64,000 bases of DNA from Sedimentisphaerales bacterium (GCA_963663805.2 CAXXMR010000003.1:201769-265768), one strand, 5' to 3'. Shown: positions 20,031 to 30,199, numbered from the stretch's first letter. A program made the numbers and translations. Notes: a model not told the origin generated them from the sequence alone.

Positions 20031-21864
20031 GAGCCTGTCCATTGTTTGCAACTATTTGCGGGACAAGGGATTGAGTTTGATTTTATTTGATTAGAGGTGG
20101 CGGTTTTTGCTCAAAACGATAAAATAGGTGTGTTATAATTATTTCATCACAAGTAATTATTACCCAGAAAGGGAACACACCTATGGCAAACATCTTACCC
20201 ATCCAAGGCCGATTTGACAAAGATATTCCTGATGATTTTGGCAACGCTGAATATCGTCAGGAGCGTGAGTTACTCATCGCGATCGACGAGATTATCGTTG
20301 CCGGCTGTTTGGCGAATCCGTTGATCGAATATTTTCTTGATGTAGCTTATGCCAACAAATACATCAAAGTTTTCGGCACCGATAAATCACCAAAGCTAAC
20401 CAGCAACGAACGTGCCAACGTTCATGCCAATGCTGTGCTGGCTTTACGTATGGCAATTCTTCGCAAGCGGCTGGGTTCCTCATTGCGTAAATTCTCATTG
20501 GAATTATCGCACAGTGATCTTTACAAATGGTTTTGCGGTATAAATCGTTTTTCTCTGCCTAAGGTTCCCGGTAAAAGTCATATTGGCGAATTGGAAAATG
20601 CTATTCCGCCGGAATTGGCAGAGGAAGTCGAAAGGCTTTTGTTTCAGTTTGTCCAGGATAAAGAATCAGAAATACTTTATGAGCCGCTGGCTTTTAGCCA
20701 ATGTTATTTTGACTGCACTTGTATTTCCGTTAACATTCATCATCCGGTCGATTGGGTTTTGCTCAAGGATGCCACTATCACGCTCATGAAAGCTACCGCT
20801 CGAATTCGTGAAATTGGTTTGCTTCATCGCATGGCCAATGAACCAGCCGTTTTCATTACAAAGATGAATAAACTTTCGATGGAAATGACTTTCGCAAAAC
20901 GTAAGAAAGGGGCTAAAAGGGATCGAAAGCGTATTTTTCGAAAAATGAAGAAGTTGGTCAAACGCGTTTGTAATCATGCTAAGAGTCACTTAGAATTACT
21001 GGAAGCAAAGTGGGATACAACGAAATTGTCTCGTTCGCAAACCGAACAAATTATCAAACAGATCACCAATGTGACCGGCAAACTCAATACTGCCATCCAG
21101 AATGCTCACGAACGTATCATCGGCGAACGTCAGGTAGACAATCGGGATAAGATTTTAAGTTTGTATGAAGATGATGTCAATGTGATTGTCCGTCGAAAAG
21201 CCGGGGCCAATGTTGAGTTTGGCAATACGCTTTATTTGGCCGAACAGTCTGATGGGATAATTATCGATTGGGAATTTATTCGCGACCAGGCTCCCGCTGA
21301 CAGTAAGCTGCTGAAGGAAAGTCACAAGCGGATTGAAGATCGCCTGGATGTGAAAGTGAAACTAATGGCCGGTGATCGCGGCTTTGACAGTAAAGACAAT
21401 CGGCAAATTCTCGAAAGCAATGATATTTTTAATGCCGTTTGTCCGCGTGACCCCCATGCGCTGACTGAGCGTTTGAAGGAAAATAAATTCCGGGAAGCTC
21501 AGACTCGCCGAAGTCAAACCGAAGCGCGAATCGCAATTTTGAGTAATTGTTTTTGCGGCTCGCCGATGAAACAAAAGGGTTTTGATAATCGCCATATTCA
21601 CATGGGCCTGAGCATTTTGTCACACAACCTCTGGGTGCTGGCAAGATTGAAGATCGCCCAGGGAAAAGCCCAAGAAAAAGCTGCTTAGCAACCCATTTAA
21701 TCCCGTAAAATGCCTTTTGACGGGAAATGTACGCGCCAAAATCGACAGTATGGGCCAGCTTGACCAACAAAAACAAAGAAACCCCCAAAAAAAACAAAAT
21801 CAGCCCCCCAGCCAACCACGCAAAATCATCCACCCAACAAAAAAAACGACTTCCGGACAGCCTC
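20031..21864 (+). mobile_element. Insertion sequence, IS5/ISNCY-like, 1834 bp
   Basis: Terminal IRs GAGCCTGTCC / GAGGCTGTCC; 7-bp direct repeat TATATTA at 20024-20030 and 21865-21871. Confidence 0.85.
20183..21688 (+). CDS. DDE transposase (IS5/ISNCY-like)
   Basis: FDCTCISVNIHHPVD..LL, KILSLYE, VEFG, AGDRGF, RSQTEARI. Confidence 0.85.
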   Translation: MANILPIQGRFDKDIPDDFGNAEYRQERELLIAIDEIIVAGCLANPLIEYFLDVAYANKYIKVFGTDKSPKLTSNERANVHANAVLALRMAILRKRLGSSLRKFSLELSHSDLYKWFCGINRFSLPKVPGKSHIGELENAIPPELAEEVERLLFQFVQDKESEILYEPLAFSQCYFDCTCISVNIHHPVDWVLLKDATITLMKATARIREIGLLHRMANEPAVFITKMNKLSMEMTFAKRKKGAKRDRKRIFRKMKKLVKRVCNHAKSHLELLEAKWDTTKLSRSQTEQIIKQITNVTGKLNTAIQNAHERIIGERQVDNRDKILSLYEDDVNVIVRRKAGANVEFGNTLYLAEQSDGIIIDWEFIRDQAPADSKLLKESHKRIEDRLDVKVKLMAGDRGFDSKDNRQILESNDIFNAVCPRDPHALTERLKENKFREAQTRRSQTEARIAILSNCFCGSPMKQKGFDNRHIHMGLSILSHNLWVLARLKIAQGKAQEKAA

Positions 21865-22237
21865 TATATTAGGCGGCCTGGTAAGGAGCATGGCAATAGC
21901 AATATTGTTTTTCGTATCATGTCAGCATTATGGCTCAGATAAAATACTGGGCAATACTTACTTGCAAATGATCAGAAAAACCGTCATTTTGCCATAATCA
22001 GCGGTAAATGACTTTGGGAACGTCGCTAAAAACCCGTCTTTCGGAGTCACCAACAAAGTCAATGTCAATACCGGATTGAACAGGTTTAGTTTTACACTTT
22101 GAAAAGGAAGCCATGATTTCTTCTATGCTCTGGGCAATTATTCCAAATCGTCCAGGAATATATTTCCGATAATGATTCTTCATAATGTTTTTTCGCGTTT
22201 GGAATTGCAAATGTCCTGTATATTTGTCAGTTACATG

Positions 22238-22789
22238 CTAAATCTTTTTTAATACGGCTGTTTTACTTAGAAAAATATTGGGACCTGATTCAACTTCAAA
22301 ACCGCAGCTTCGTGAAATATCTAAAGACTCTTGAAAGTCAGCTTTGGAAACATGGATTGGCGGCTCTACAACAAGGGCTTTCCCTTGTGGACTTAATAGT
22401 GAATGGAATTCCTTGAACAGTTGAGATTGGTTCGGAACCTCATGGATGACGTAAAATACAAGTATAAAATCGACGGGGCCGGTTAAGTTGGTGCGATCGG
22501 TCTGGCATTGGTGTAAAATAATACGGTCACTGAAATTTGTTTTATCGACTTTGATCTTTACTAGATCAAGCATACCTCGCTGGAGATCAACCGCGAATAC
22601 ACGACCTGAATTCCCAATCAGATCAGCTAATCCAAGAGCAAAAAAACCGGGCCCGCAGCCATAATCAACAGCCACCATGCCTTCTTTGACAAAGGGTCTT
22701 AAAATCTTGTCAGGATTCTGAAACCATTTCCTAATAGACAGATCAAGACCGCCAGCTCTTTCCATGGGGCACACCTTGTTGTTTTTCAT
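22238..22789 (-). CDS. Class I SAM-dependent methyltransferase
   Basis: VDYGCGPGFF, AVDLQ, HEVPN, VVEP; SD AGGAG before ATG 22789. Confidence 0.85.
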   Translation of the reverse strand: MKNNKVCPMERAGGLDLSIRKWFQNPDKILRPFVKEGMVAVDYGCGPGFFALGLADLIGNSGRVFAVDLQRGMLDLVKIKVDKTNFSDRIILHQCQTDRTNLTGPVDFILVFYVIHEVPNQSQLFKEFHSLLSPQGKALVVEPPIHVSKADFQESLDISRSCGFEVESGPNIFLSKTAVLKKI

Positions 22790-22847
22790 AATAATCACTC
22801 CTGCCAAGCTAAATACGTTTATTCTGTTTGATCAGTAACCGCAAAAT

Positions 22848-22864
22848 TGTTTAGCGGCTATACA
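22848..22864. promoter_or_regulatory. Candidate MarR operator, copy 2
   Basis: TGTTTAGC-G-GCTATACA, similar to the palindrome at 23338-23354; lies upstream of the methyltransferase. Confidence 0.6.
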
Positions 22865-22879
22865 TTATAGCTAAAATTT

Positions 22880-23329
22880 TTATTTGTGTTTATCAACCAT
22901 ATTCTCCAAATGGGTCAAAAAGCCTTCGATCAACTTTAAATCTTTTTTCGATAGTTGTTTCATATATTTGTATAATTCGTTATCCATCTGTTTATGATGT
23001 TGCTCATGGGCCAAGTATGCAACACGACCCTTTTGGGTAAGAACCGGAACCGCTTTTAGATGATTGTCAGGATCTCCACTTTTACGAGCCAATCCTTTCT
23101 CCTCAAGTTTAGTTACAGATTGAGATACGGCGCCTCTAGTAACGCCAACAATTCGTGCCAATTCCGACATGTGCACGCCTTCATTATTTCCAATAAACAT
23201 AATCATATGTATTTCAGAGGGATATAGCAATGCATCCACACCAAACTTCCGAGGCGTTTTTTCATTGCGAACAACCTTATTCATCACTCTTATTAATGCT
23301 TCACTTAATCTTGTAAAATGTTCATCCAT
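22880..23329 (-). CDS. MarR-family transcriptional regulator
   Basis: SEIHMI..I, SELARIVGVTRGAVSQSVTKLEEKGL, LTQKG. Confidence 0.9.
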   Translation of the reverse strand: MDEHFTRLSEALIRVMNKVVRNEKTPRKFGVDALLYPSEIHMIMFIGNNEGVHMSELARIVGVTRGAVSQSVTKLEEKGLARKSGDPDNHLKAVPVLTQKGRVAYLAHEQHHKQMDNELYKYMKQLSKKDLKLIEGFLTHLENMVDKHK

Positions 23330-23337
23330 TCCAGCAT

Positions 23338-23364
23338 TGTATAGTAACTATACATTATTGTCAA
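23338..23364 (-). promoter_or_regulatory. marR promoter with perfect 8-1-8 palindrome (candidate autoregulatory operator)
   Basis: TGTATAGT-A-ACTATACA at 23338-23354; minus-strand TTGACA immediately upstream. Confidence 0.7.
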
Positions 23365-23464
23365 AGGAATTTCATGACAATTGCAAAAGTTTTTAAAAAA
23401 CTACAAAAATGTTACAATTGAGTTGTCGTCTTTAGAAAAGTTTATCAATCTCTGTTGCTGTCAT

Positions 23465-23995
23465 TTACGGATTGTGTGCCTCTTGAAATCCTTGAAAAAT
23501 GTATCCAAATACTTCGGCTGCTTTTTTACAATCCTGTTCATTGGGATGATTGGCGGCCTGTTCCAAACGGGCTTTTCGTTTTTCGTTCATGGCATGAGGG
23601 TGGCCAGGTTTTTTATCCGCGATGTCGCGCATCCACTGGATAAGTTTGGGGTCTATTTTTCCCTGGCAGATAAAATGTCCGAGAATACTATTGGCCCGCA
23701 ATAATTTCTCTGCCTTTTTCATTGAATCGAGAGCGTGTTGAGAATCAGGGCAGGCTCCCAGCGTCAAAAAGATGCCGACATTTTTACCTTTGATTTTTTG
23801 CATATAATCACGAACAACCTTGTCTGGCATACCTTTATCTACCCAACCGCCAATTGCGATAAAATCGTACCCATCAGGCAAGGGGGCTTGTTGTACCGGA
23901 TAAATCTCGCAGTTTGGTAACAAAGCTTGATGAACAGCCTCGGCGATCATTTTGGTATTTCCGGTTTTACTAGAGTAAACAACCATGCATTTCAT
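23465..23995 (-). CDS. Flavodoxin-family protein (HmuF-like, heme utilisation)
   Basis: YSSKTGNTKMIAEA, GGWVDKG, FLTLGA, F.CQGKIDP, HPNEQD; heme-locus context. Confidence 0.8.
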   Translation of the reverse strand: MKCMVVYSSKTGNTKMIAEAVHQALLPNCEIYPVQQAPLPDGYDFIAIGGWVDKGMPDKVVRDYMQKIKGKNVGIFLTLGACPDSQHALDSMKKAEKLLRANSILGHFICQGKIDPKLIQWMRDIADKKPGHPHAMNEKRKARLEQAANHPNEQDCKKAAEVFGYIFQGFQEAHNP

Positions 23996-25467
23996 TTTGG
24001 AGCCTCTGGTTTTTCAAATTTCATAAGATCGTAAAAAAATTTCTGATATTGAGATCGATATATTGTTCTGGCAATGGTTCCGTTGTCTACCCAGAGTATT
24101 TTGTCACAGCATAATAAAACCAGCTCTATATCATGAGTGATGATAATGACAGGGATTTTCTGGTCACAAAGTTTTTTGATTTCCGCGGCCAGCTTTCTCA
24201 TTCGCATCATATCCAGGCCGCTGGTGGGTTCATCAAGTATAATAATTTCGGGATCCAGAGCCATCAGAGCGGCAATTGCCAAACGCTGTTTTTCTCCGCC
24301 TGACAATGCCTGGGGGTGTCGATCTTTCAACTCCAGTAAGTCATATTGTTTGAGAATATCCTTAGCTGCGACATCGTCTGTATTATCATTTTGAGGGCTC
24401 AAAAGCAACTCGCCTAAAACGGTATCACTGAACAATTGCTGCTCAGCCTGTTGAGTTACACAACCAATACGACCTATTCTGCTTTTAGGCTTGAAAACCT
24501 CACCTTTTATTGAAATCACACCCTTGTCTTCTTTTTGCAGACCGGTAATAATACGTGAAAGCGTTGTTTTACCAGCACCATTATGCCCCATAACAGCAAT
24601 ACAAGCGCCTGCTTCGACTGCAAAATTGACATTATTCACTATCTGTTTATTTCGGCCTACCGAGCCATAGAGGCCTTGCACTTCAAGTGCAACATTTGGA
24701 CCTGATTGTCCCGGACGATCTTCAACTTCAGGAGAGTGGTCCCATATTCGCAAGCCGGCCTTCTGTCGAAAGTTTGATGAAGCCAACTTATCAGGTGGAC
24801 CGTCATAAACAAGTGCGCCATTTTTTATCACAACCACCTGGTCAGCTAATTCACGTAAATACCAGAGGCGATGTTCTGAAATAACCATTGTTCTACCCTG
24901 TTTTTTTAATTTGCCCAACAGATGTTTAAGTTCGTGGATAGAAGAAATGTCAAGATTCGCTGTCGGCTCGTCCATAAGCAGTAAAGGCTGGTCCATGGCA
25001 AGGATAGAGGCGAGAGCAACTTTTTGCTTTTCGCCCGAAGAAAGCGTAAATAAATCACGATATCTGAGATGCTCGATTTCCACATCTGCCAATGCCAACT
25101 CAAGACGCTCCACAACAGTTTCAGGATCAAGCCCGCTATGCTCCAAACCGAACATTATCTCATCTTCAACAGTAAGCTGAAAAAACTGGGTATTGGGATT
25201 TTGGAAAACCGTACCTGCCAGCTCACTAATTTCCCATAATGATTTGCCGGCAATGTCCCGGCCGGCAATGCAGATTTGACCGTCGAGTATTCCGCCATAA
25301 TGCCTCGGGGCCAAACCGTTAATGCAATGCAATAAAGTTGACTTGCCGCTGCCGGAAGGACCGGTCACCAGAATCAGCTTGCCGGGTGATACCTGTATGT
25401 TAACATTTGCCAGGGCAGGATTATTTGGGCCGGCATATGAATAATTTAAATCAGATATTTTCAGCAT
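23992..25467 (-). CDS. ECF transporter ATPase (duplicated ABC domains)
   Basis: GPSGSGKST, VFQNP, LSSGEKQK, DEPT; second domain GHNGAGKTT, LSGGEKQR, DEPTSGLD. Confidence 0.9.
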   Translation of the reverse strand: MLKISDLNYSYAGPNNPALANVNIQVSPGKLILVTGPSGSGKSTLLHCINGLAPRHYGGILDGQICIAGRDIAGKSLWEISELAGTVFQNPNTQFFQLTVEDEIMFGLEHSGLDPETVVERLELALADVEIEHLRYRDLFTLSSGEKQKVALASILAMDQPLLLMDEPTANLDISSIHELKHLLGKLKKQGRTMVISEHRLWYLRELADQVVVIKNGALVYDGPPDKLASSNFRQKAGLRIWDHSPEVEDRPGQSGPNVALEVQGLYGSVGRNKQIVNNVNFAVEAGACIAVMGHNGAGKTTLSRIITGLQKEDKGVISIKGEVFKPKSRIGRIGCVTQQAEQQLFSDTVLGELLLSPQNDNTDDVAAKDILKQYDLLELKDRHPQALSGGEKQRLAIAALMALDPEIIILDEPTSGLDMMRMRKLAAEIKKLCDQKIPVIIITHDIELVLLCCDKILWVDNGTIARTIYRSQYQKFFYDLMKFEKPEAPK

Positions 25468-26219
25468 TGCAATGTTATTATAAGAGAAATAGTGATGAGT
25501 GATGACATCAGGCCGGCTGTTATTATGAACGCGTAATAGTCATTTTTACGAAAACGAATGGGGCGAGGCTGTTTTGTGCAGTCCGGGCGGGCTAACCCTC
25601 GTGTTTCCGCTACAGCGGCGAGTTCATCTGCCATTTTTAAGCTGCGTATGGTCACCAGAGCAAGATAACTCTGACCAATGAGGTGGGGATGCTTTAGTAG
25701 ATCACGCTTTCGATGAACTATTCTACGCAAACACATGGAATCTCTAATGACCACCGATTCATTTAAAAGGGTAGGTAAAAATCGAACCGCAATGGTAAGC
25801 GGCAGGATAATAAGAACCGGTACTTTCCAGGCTTCCAGTGCCATTGCAAGATCACGCAGCTTGGTTGTAACGGCAAACCAGAGGCCGGTCACAGCCAGAA
25901 CTCCTCCCCTAAAAACCATACCAATGAACATGGAGCCGGGATTATCCAGCGGCTTATTGATGATATAGTTGAACAAAAACACAAAAACGCTCCAGAGCAT
26001 GACGGCCAAAAGCATTGTAATAACAAAAACCTTTATTAAACGCGAAAAATAAGCCAAAACACCAGCAGTGACAAACAGTCCCAGGCAGATAATATCATTG
26101 GCAAAGATAAGCGCCGCTGTAACTAAAATAAGGATAATCAGTTTACATCGCGGGTCAAGCCGTTCAAATACACAATCAGGATTGCGTTGTCCCAAGCGTT
26201 GTATAAATGAACGCATCAT
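25461..26219 (-). CDS. ECF transporter transmembrane T component
   Basis: LDPRCK, RFLPTL, A.ETRG; hydrophobic. Confidence 0.88.
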   Translation of the reverse strand: MMRSFIQRLGQRNPDCVFERLDPRCKLIILILVTAALIFANDIICLGLFVTAGVLAYFSRLIKVFVITMLLAVMLWSVFVFLFNYIINKPLDNPGSMFIGMVFRGGVLAVTGLWFAVTTKLRDLAMALEAWKVPVLIILPLTIAVRFLPTLLNESVVIRDSMCLRRIVHRKRDLLKHPHLIGQSYLALVTIRSLKMADELAAVAETRGLARPDCTKQPRPIRFRKNDYYAFIITAGLMSSLITISLIITLQC

Positions 26220-28201
26220 GCCATCACTCCTGCTTTTGATATTTTGCCGGTCAGCTTAATTCCAGCGATTCCGCCCGCTAACGCTCCAATCGCCGAGGCC
26301 GCAATTGCAAGTACAATCAGATACCAGACAAGTTGAATCTGTGTCATCTCAGTAATAAATGCATATAATTTGCTGAATGTGGTTTGAGATGTACGGTATA
26401 TAATCAGTGCAGTTATCAGTGGGATAGTTTTCGAGATGCCTCCCAGCATACGAGCGGCCATATCTCCCAGTACACCTCCTATTACCAAGCCAAACCCCAT
26501 GAGAATACTACCAGACAGCAGCATGGTCATCAGGGAATATACCAGGGACATTACACTCAGGGCGCCGGTTTTGGGAACTTTCTTTAGAGCAACATACATA
26601 ATGATCGAAGACACAAACGCCATCAGGAACTGCATTACGCCCGGTATCATCGCAATGCCCGTCACGTGAAGCAGCATTGCAGCAACAAATTGGGTCACAA
26701 ATACTAACGCACACATTACTCCCAGAACTGAAATATCTTTTATGGAAAACCCATACATGGCATGGTTATGTTTTGAATGATGGTTTTTTTCAGAAAGGTC
26801 ATTGTCAGTATTTGAGATTTCCGAAAAGACCATCAGATTTTTTGCAGGAGCATTTTTCTCAGCCAGACCAGCATAATCCGCGGCAATATTGTAGCACCAG
26901 CTCCAGCCGTTATCAGTAAGTTCGTAGAGTGGACCTTCTTTTTGCAGGAGGCCTTTTTCAAGATGTTTATCAAGCTTATTATTAAGGATAGTTGAGGAAT
27001 CAATGGCGTCGTCATGCCATACTGTATCTGGATTTAAAAAACCGCGCTGTAGTTGTCCTGTCACGGAACGCAGTAAGCGGGACTTCGCCGGCAGCATGAG
27101 CGAAGCCATATATCCGGCCTTTTTTCCGGCAATCAGCATCTGGTACATGTTTTTGTCCATGGCATTCATAATGACCAAAGGTCCCAGATAGCCGCCGGCA
27201 CTACATCCGATCGGCAAACAGTCTCCATCATTTAATCGTATATTGGCATAAAGATTTCTGTCTGTGGACTTGACAAAGTGGGTACACGTATCTTGACGAT
27301 ATCCGAGCTGGGTCAAAAACTGTCGTGCCGATCGACATTGTTCAAGCTCGACAGGCAAATCCGGCAATGGGGCAATTTCACCTTCTTTCAGTTGTTTTTC
27401 CAGAGGAGTTCCGCTCATCGCAATCAGCGGATACAAAGATATACCGTCAAAATTCAAGGCGACCGCGAAATTCAAATCCTCGTGGAATTTTTGAATAGAC
27501 TGGCCGGGCAGACGATAAAGTATGTCGGCGGAGATGGTCTTTATGCCAGCAGTTCTGGCGTTTTTGACCATTTGATATATTTTGTCCTTATCTGACAAAC
27601 GCCCTAACTGTTGACGCATAGAAGTATCGAATGTCTGTACACCCAGGCTTAGGCGATTTACTCCTGACTGTACCATTGCCTGCAGCTTTTCGTCAGACAG
27701 GTCATGAATCGTAGATTCGACAGTTATTTCCGCTGATTCATCAAGGCAAAGTACATCTCGGGCGGTATCAAGCAGATCAGCCATTGCCTCAGCAGGCAAG
27801 ATCGAAGGAGTACCGCCTCCCAAATAAAGAGCTTCAAAACCACCCTGAAGAACATAACCAGAGTCTTGATATTTCTGTAGTTCCCTGATAACTAATTTCG
27901 CGTACTCAGCAGCCCGGACTGAAGTACCCGCTCTACGCTGGAAATTGCAAAACGAGCACAAAGTTCCACAAAACGGAATATGTACATAAGCCGTTCTACG
28001 CTGGCCTTCGTCAACACCTTTTTCAACGATATTTTTCCAGATATCTTTTTCATCGCCCCGGGGCGCTATACAGCTCCAGCCATAAGTATCCATATGACTG
28101 CGCAATCTGGATCCGAAGGGCAAATCAGCACGATTAATCACCTGAATCCGCCGTTCCACATTTAAGCCTGAAGCAAAATCTATATTCGTTCTGGAATTCA
28201 T
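26216..28201 (-). CDS. HemN/HutW-like class C radical SAM protein fused to an MptD-like ECF S-component
   Basis: YVHIPFCGTLCSFCNF, YLGGGTPS, NRLSLGVQTF, DILYRLPGQ; His-rich linker; C-terminal ~180-aa multi-TM domain (KVPKTGAL). Confidence 0.8.
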   Translation of the reverse strand: MNSRTNIDFASGLNVERRIQVINRADLPFGSRLRSHMDTYGWSCIAPRGDEKDIWKNIVEKGVDEGQRRTAYVHIPFCGTLCSFCNFQRRAGTSVRAAEYAKLVIRELQKYQDSGYVLQGGFEALYLGGGTPSILPAEAMADLLDTARDVLCLDESAEITVESTIHDLSDEKLQAMVQSGVNRLSLGVQTFDTSMRQQLGRLSDKDKIYQMVKNARTAGIKTISADILYRLPGQSIQKFHEDLNFAVALNFDGISLYPLIAMSGTPLEKQLKEGEIAPLPDLPVELEQCRSARQFLTQLGYRQDTCTHFVKSTDRNLYANIRLNDGDCLPIGCSAGGYLGPLVIMNAMDKNMYQMLIAGKKAGYMASLMLPAKSRLLRSVTGQLQRGFLNPDTVWHDDAIDSSTILNNKLDKHLEKGLLQKEGPLYELTDNGWSWCYNIAADYAGLAEKNAPAKNLMVFSEISNTDNDLSEKNHHSKHNHAMYGFSIKDISVLGVMCALVFVTQFVAAMLLHVTGIAMIPGVMQFLMAFVSSIIMYVALKKVPKTGALSVMSLVYSLMTMLLSGSILMGFGLVIGGVLGDMAARMLGGISKTIPLITALIIYRTSQTTFSKLYAFITEMTQIQLVWYLIVLAIAASAIGALAGGIAGIKLTGKISKAGVMA

Positions 28202-28258
28202 TTATTGGCAACCCTTTTCAATTCAGCATTTTTGCGCCTGGGCCGAACGACCGTACTT

Positions 28259-28333
28259 TTATTTTTTTTTGCACCGACAGACTTTACATTTTTCGTTACA
28301 GTTACATGCAGTGTTTTTACAACTAATAGTCAT
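28259..28333 (-). CDS. Putative Cys-rich small peptide MTISCKNTACNCNEKCKVCRCKKK
   Basis: Manual translation; AAAGGA upstream; 6 Cys in 24 aa; lies between the ChaN and radical SAM genes. Confidence 0.4.
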   Translation of the reverse strand: MTISCKNTACNCNEKCKVCRCKKK

Positions 28334-28367
28334 GGAATTCTTTTTCCTTTCGATCTTTTAGCACTTT

Positions 28368-29345
28368 TCAATAATTATCCAGATGACCTTCCAGATTAAC
28401 AACATGGAGGTAATCCGCTATTGGAATATCAAAACATTTCAGTTGTTGGTGAGTAATAGAAATATCACGACTTAGCGTTTGCATTTTTTTTGACAATACA
28501 ACGTCACCGCTTCCACTTAAAATGATAATTCTATCCTCAACGTTCGGGCTTCTCCGTTTTAGACGAAAGGGTATCCCTGCGCCATAGCTGACATGTCCGC
28601 TACCGCACAAGACCACCGCGAGAGGATCAGGTTGATTGCTATTGTTGATCGCCTGAAACAGTTTCTCCGCCATCATTTCGTCGCGACACACCTGGGCTGT
28701 GAACATTCTATCGAGCATCTCCGGTATATCTTTCACATGAGCCATCACCATCATGGTGTTATTCAGGTGTTGGCGATATTTCTCATTAGCAGTGTCTATC
28801 TGGTCAGGCAGCTCATTTCTCTCCTGGCCAGAGAGAGTCTGTATTCCCCAGCGCCCCACCTTCCGGATAATCTCCTGCCGGGCATTCAGACCAACAATTG
28901 TGCCGCCGGCATGATGCACTGCTTTTACAATCTTCTGATAGTCCTGATAGTTACCCCAGCGTGAAGGCCAATCAATCAACTCGCTCAACTGCTCAAAGGT
29001 AATCTCATGGCAATTGTAGCGGTCGAGGGCGGGTTGATTGAAGGCCTCCACCTGCTCAAGCCCCAGAACCAGAGGCCGGTCTCTGGCAAGCAAATCCGCG
29101 ATGATCTTGTGTTGGAGTTCATGGTGGCGGGTGAGCGTGTGATGTTCTCCCAGATACACAACATCCACCTCAGCCAGGTCCATGAGCATTTGCTTGTAAG
29201 CCACCGGTTCTCCACGATAAGTGTCAACCCAAAAGCCGCAGCGGTTGACGGTTCTCCCTGTCATCTGACATCCTCCGGAAAACACTAAGATTGCAGTCAA
29301 GGCCCAAAGTGCTGATTTTATTGTTGGCTTAATTTTCATATTCAT
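28368..29345 (-). CDS. ChaN-family heme-binding lipoprotein
   Basis: Lipobox-like FSGGC; VYLGEHH..HHELQ, LGLEQ, GLNA, AQVCRDEMMAE, GSGHV.YG.GIP. Confidence 0.85.
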   Translation of the reverse strand: MNMKIKPTIKSALWALTAILVFSGGCQMTGRTVNRCGFWVDTYRGEPVAYKQMLMDLAEVDVVYLGEHHTLTRHHELQHKIIADLLARDRPLVLGLEQVEAFNQPALDRYNCHEITFEQLSELIDWPSRWGNYQDYQKIVKAVHHAGGTIVGLNARQEIIRKVGRWGIQTLSGQERNELPDQIDTANEKYRQHLNNTMMVMAHVKDIPEMLDRMFTAQVCRDEMMAEKLFQAINNSNQPDPLAVVLCGSGHVSYGAGIPFRLKRRSPNVEDRIIILSGSGDVVLSKKMQTLSRDISITHQQLKCFDIPIADYLHVVNLEGHLDNY

Positions 29346-29362
29346 GATATTCCATTATCCAT

Positions 29363-30175
29363 TTAATAGCCCGGTCCCCACAAAGTACGGTCTTCCTGCG
29401 AATCCGGCAGACTTAAATGAGTCCAGAACATATGTCCTGAAGTTTTTATGTTGACCGGGGCGGCCACTTCATCGGCCTCATAACCTTTGACTCTGCCGAT
29501 ATGACTGTCAACAAACATAATATTCATGGCCTGATCATGATAGAAGCCGCTGGTATATCTGTGATGGCCCTGCCAATCGGGATTGTACTGAAGCAAATTC
29601 GGATTATATATGTCATAAACTTGGCCATAATAACTCGTCTCAATCATGAACATGCAATCTGAGGCCATTCTAATATTGTCGAGTTTATATTTACCGCCCG
29701 GCCCGAAACGTAATTCCGGACTGGCCAATGTCCAACCGCTGCCGGCGCCGGCTTTTTTGTAATAACCATTTAACGCGTAACTGGTGTATTTTTGGTTATG
29801 AGGTGAGAAACCCATGGGGTACGGATCTTTATCTGAAGGACAAAACCATAAATCTGCAGGTTCCTCCCAGGTTGCTTCTTTTGCGCTGTCTCCGCCAATA
29901 TAAGGCAATAAGGCCCATATCCACGGCCTGGAGCCAATGTTGTTGGCCATAATACGATACGCAATTGGTATATCACCTTTGTTGTCCATAACATAAGTGC
30001 AAAACGCCAGCGATATCTGCTTCATTTGCGAAGCACAAACTACCGCCCGAGCCTGGGTACGCGCTTTTCCCAACGCCGGTAATAAAATCGATACCATCAG
30101 AGCGATTATCGCCACCACAACCAGTAATTCCACTAACGTGAAACCACTGAACTTTTGTTTGTTTGTACAAAACAT
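29363..30175 (-). CDS. Prepilin-type/DUF1559-like protein (cassette 3)
   Basis: [48 protein letters not shown]. Confidence 0.9.
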   Translation of the reverse strand: MFCTNKQKFSGFTLVELLVVVAIIALMVSILLPALGKARTQARAVVCASQMKQISLAFCTYVMDNKGDIPIAYRIMANNIGSRPWIWALLPYIGGDSAKEATWEEPADLWFCPSDKDPYPMGFSPHNQKYTSYALNGYYKKAGAGSGWTLASPELRFGPGGKYKLDNIRMASDCMFMIETSYYGQVYDIYNPNLLQYNPDWQGHHRYTSGFYHDQAMNIMFVDSHIGRVKGYEADEVAAPVNIKTSGHMFWTHLSLPDSQEDRTLWGPGY

Positions 30176-30199
30176 CAAAGCTGCTTCTCCTGCATACTG

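Noticed and set aside
21727..22210. Short ORFs at 21727-21942 and 21998-22210
   Set aside because: The first spans the IS end; the second has no recognisable motif.
28259..28333. SCIFF/ranthipeptide precursor for the adjacent radical SAM enzyme
   Set aside because: The enzyme is HemN-like with no SPASM domain, and the context points to heme use.
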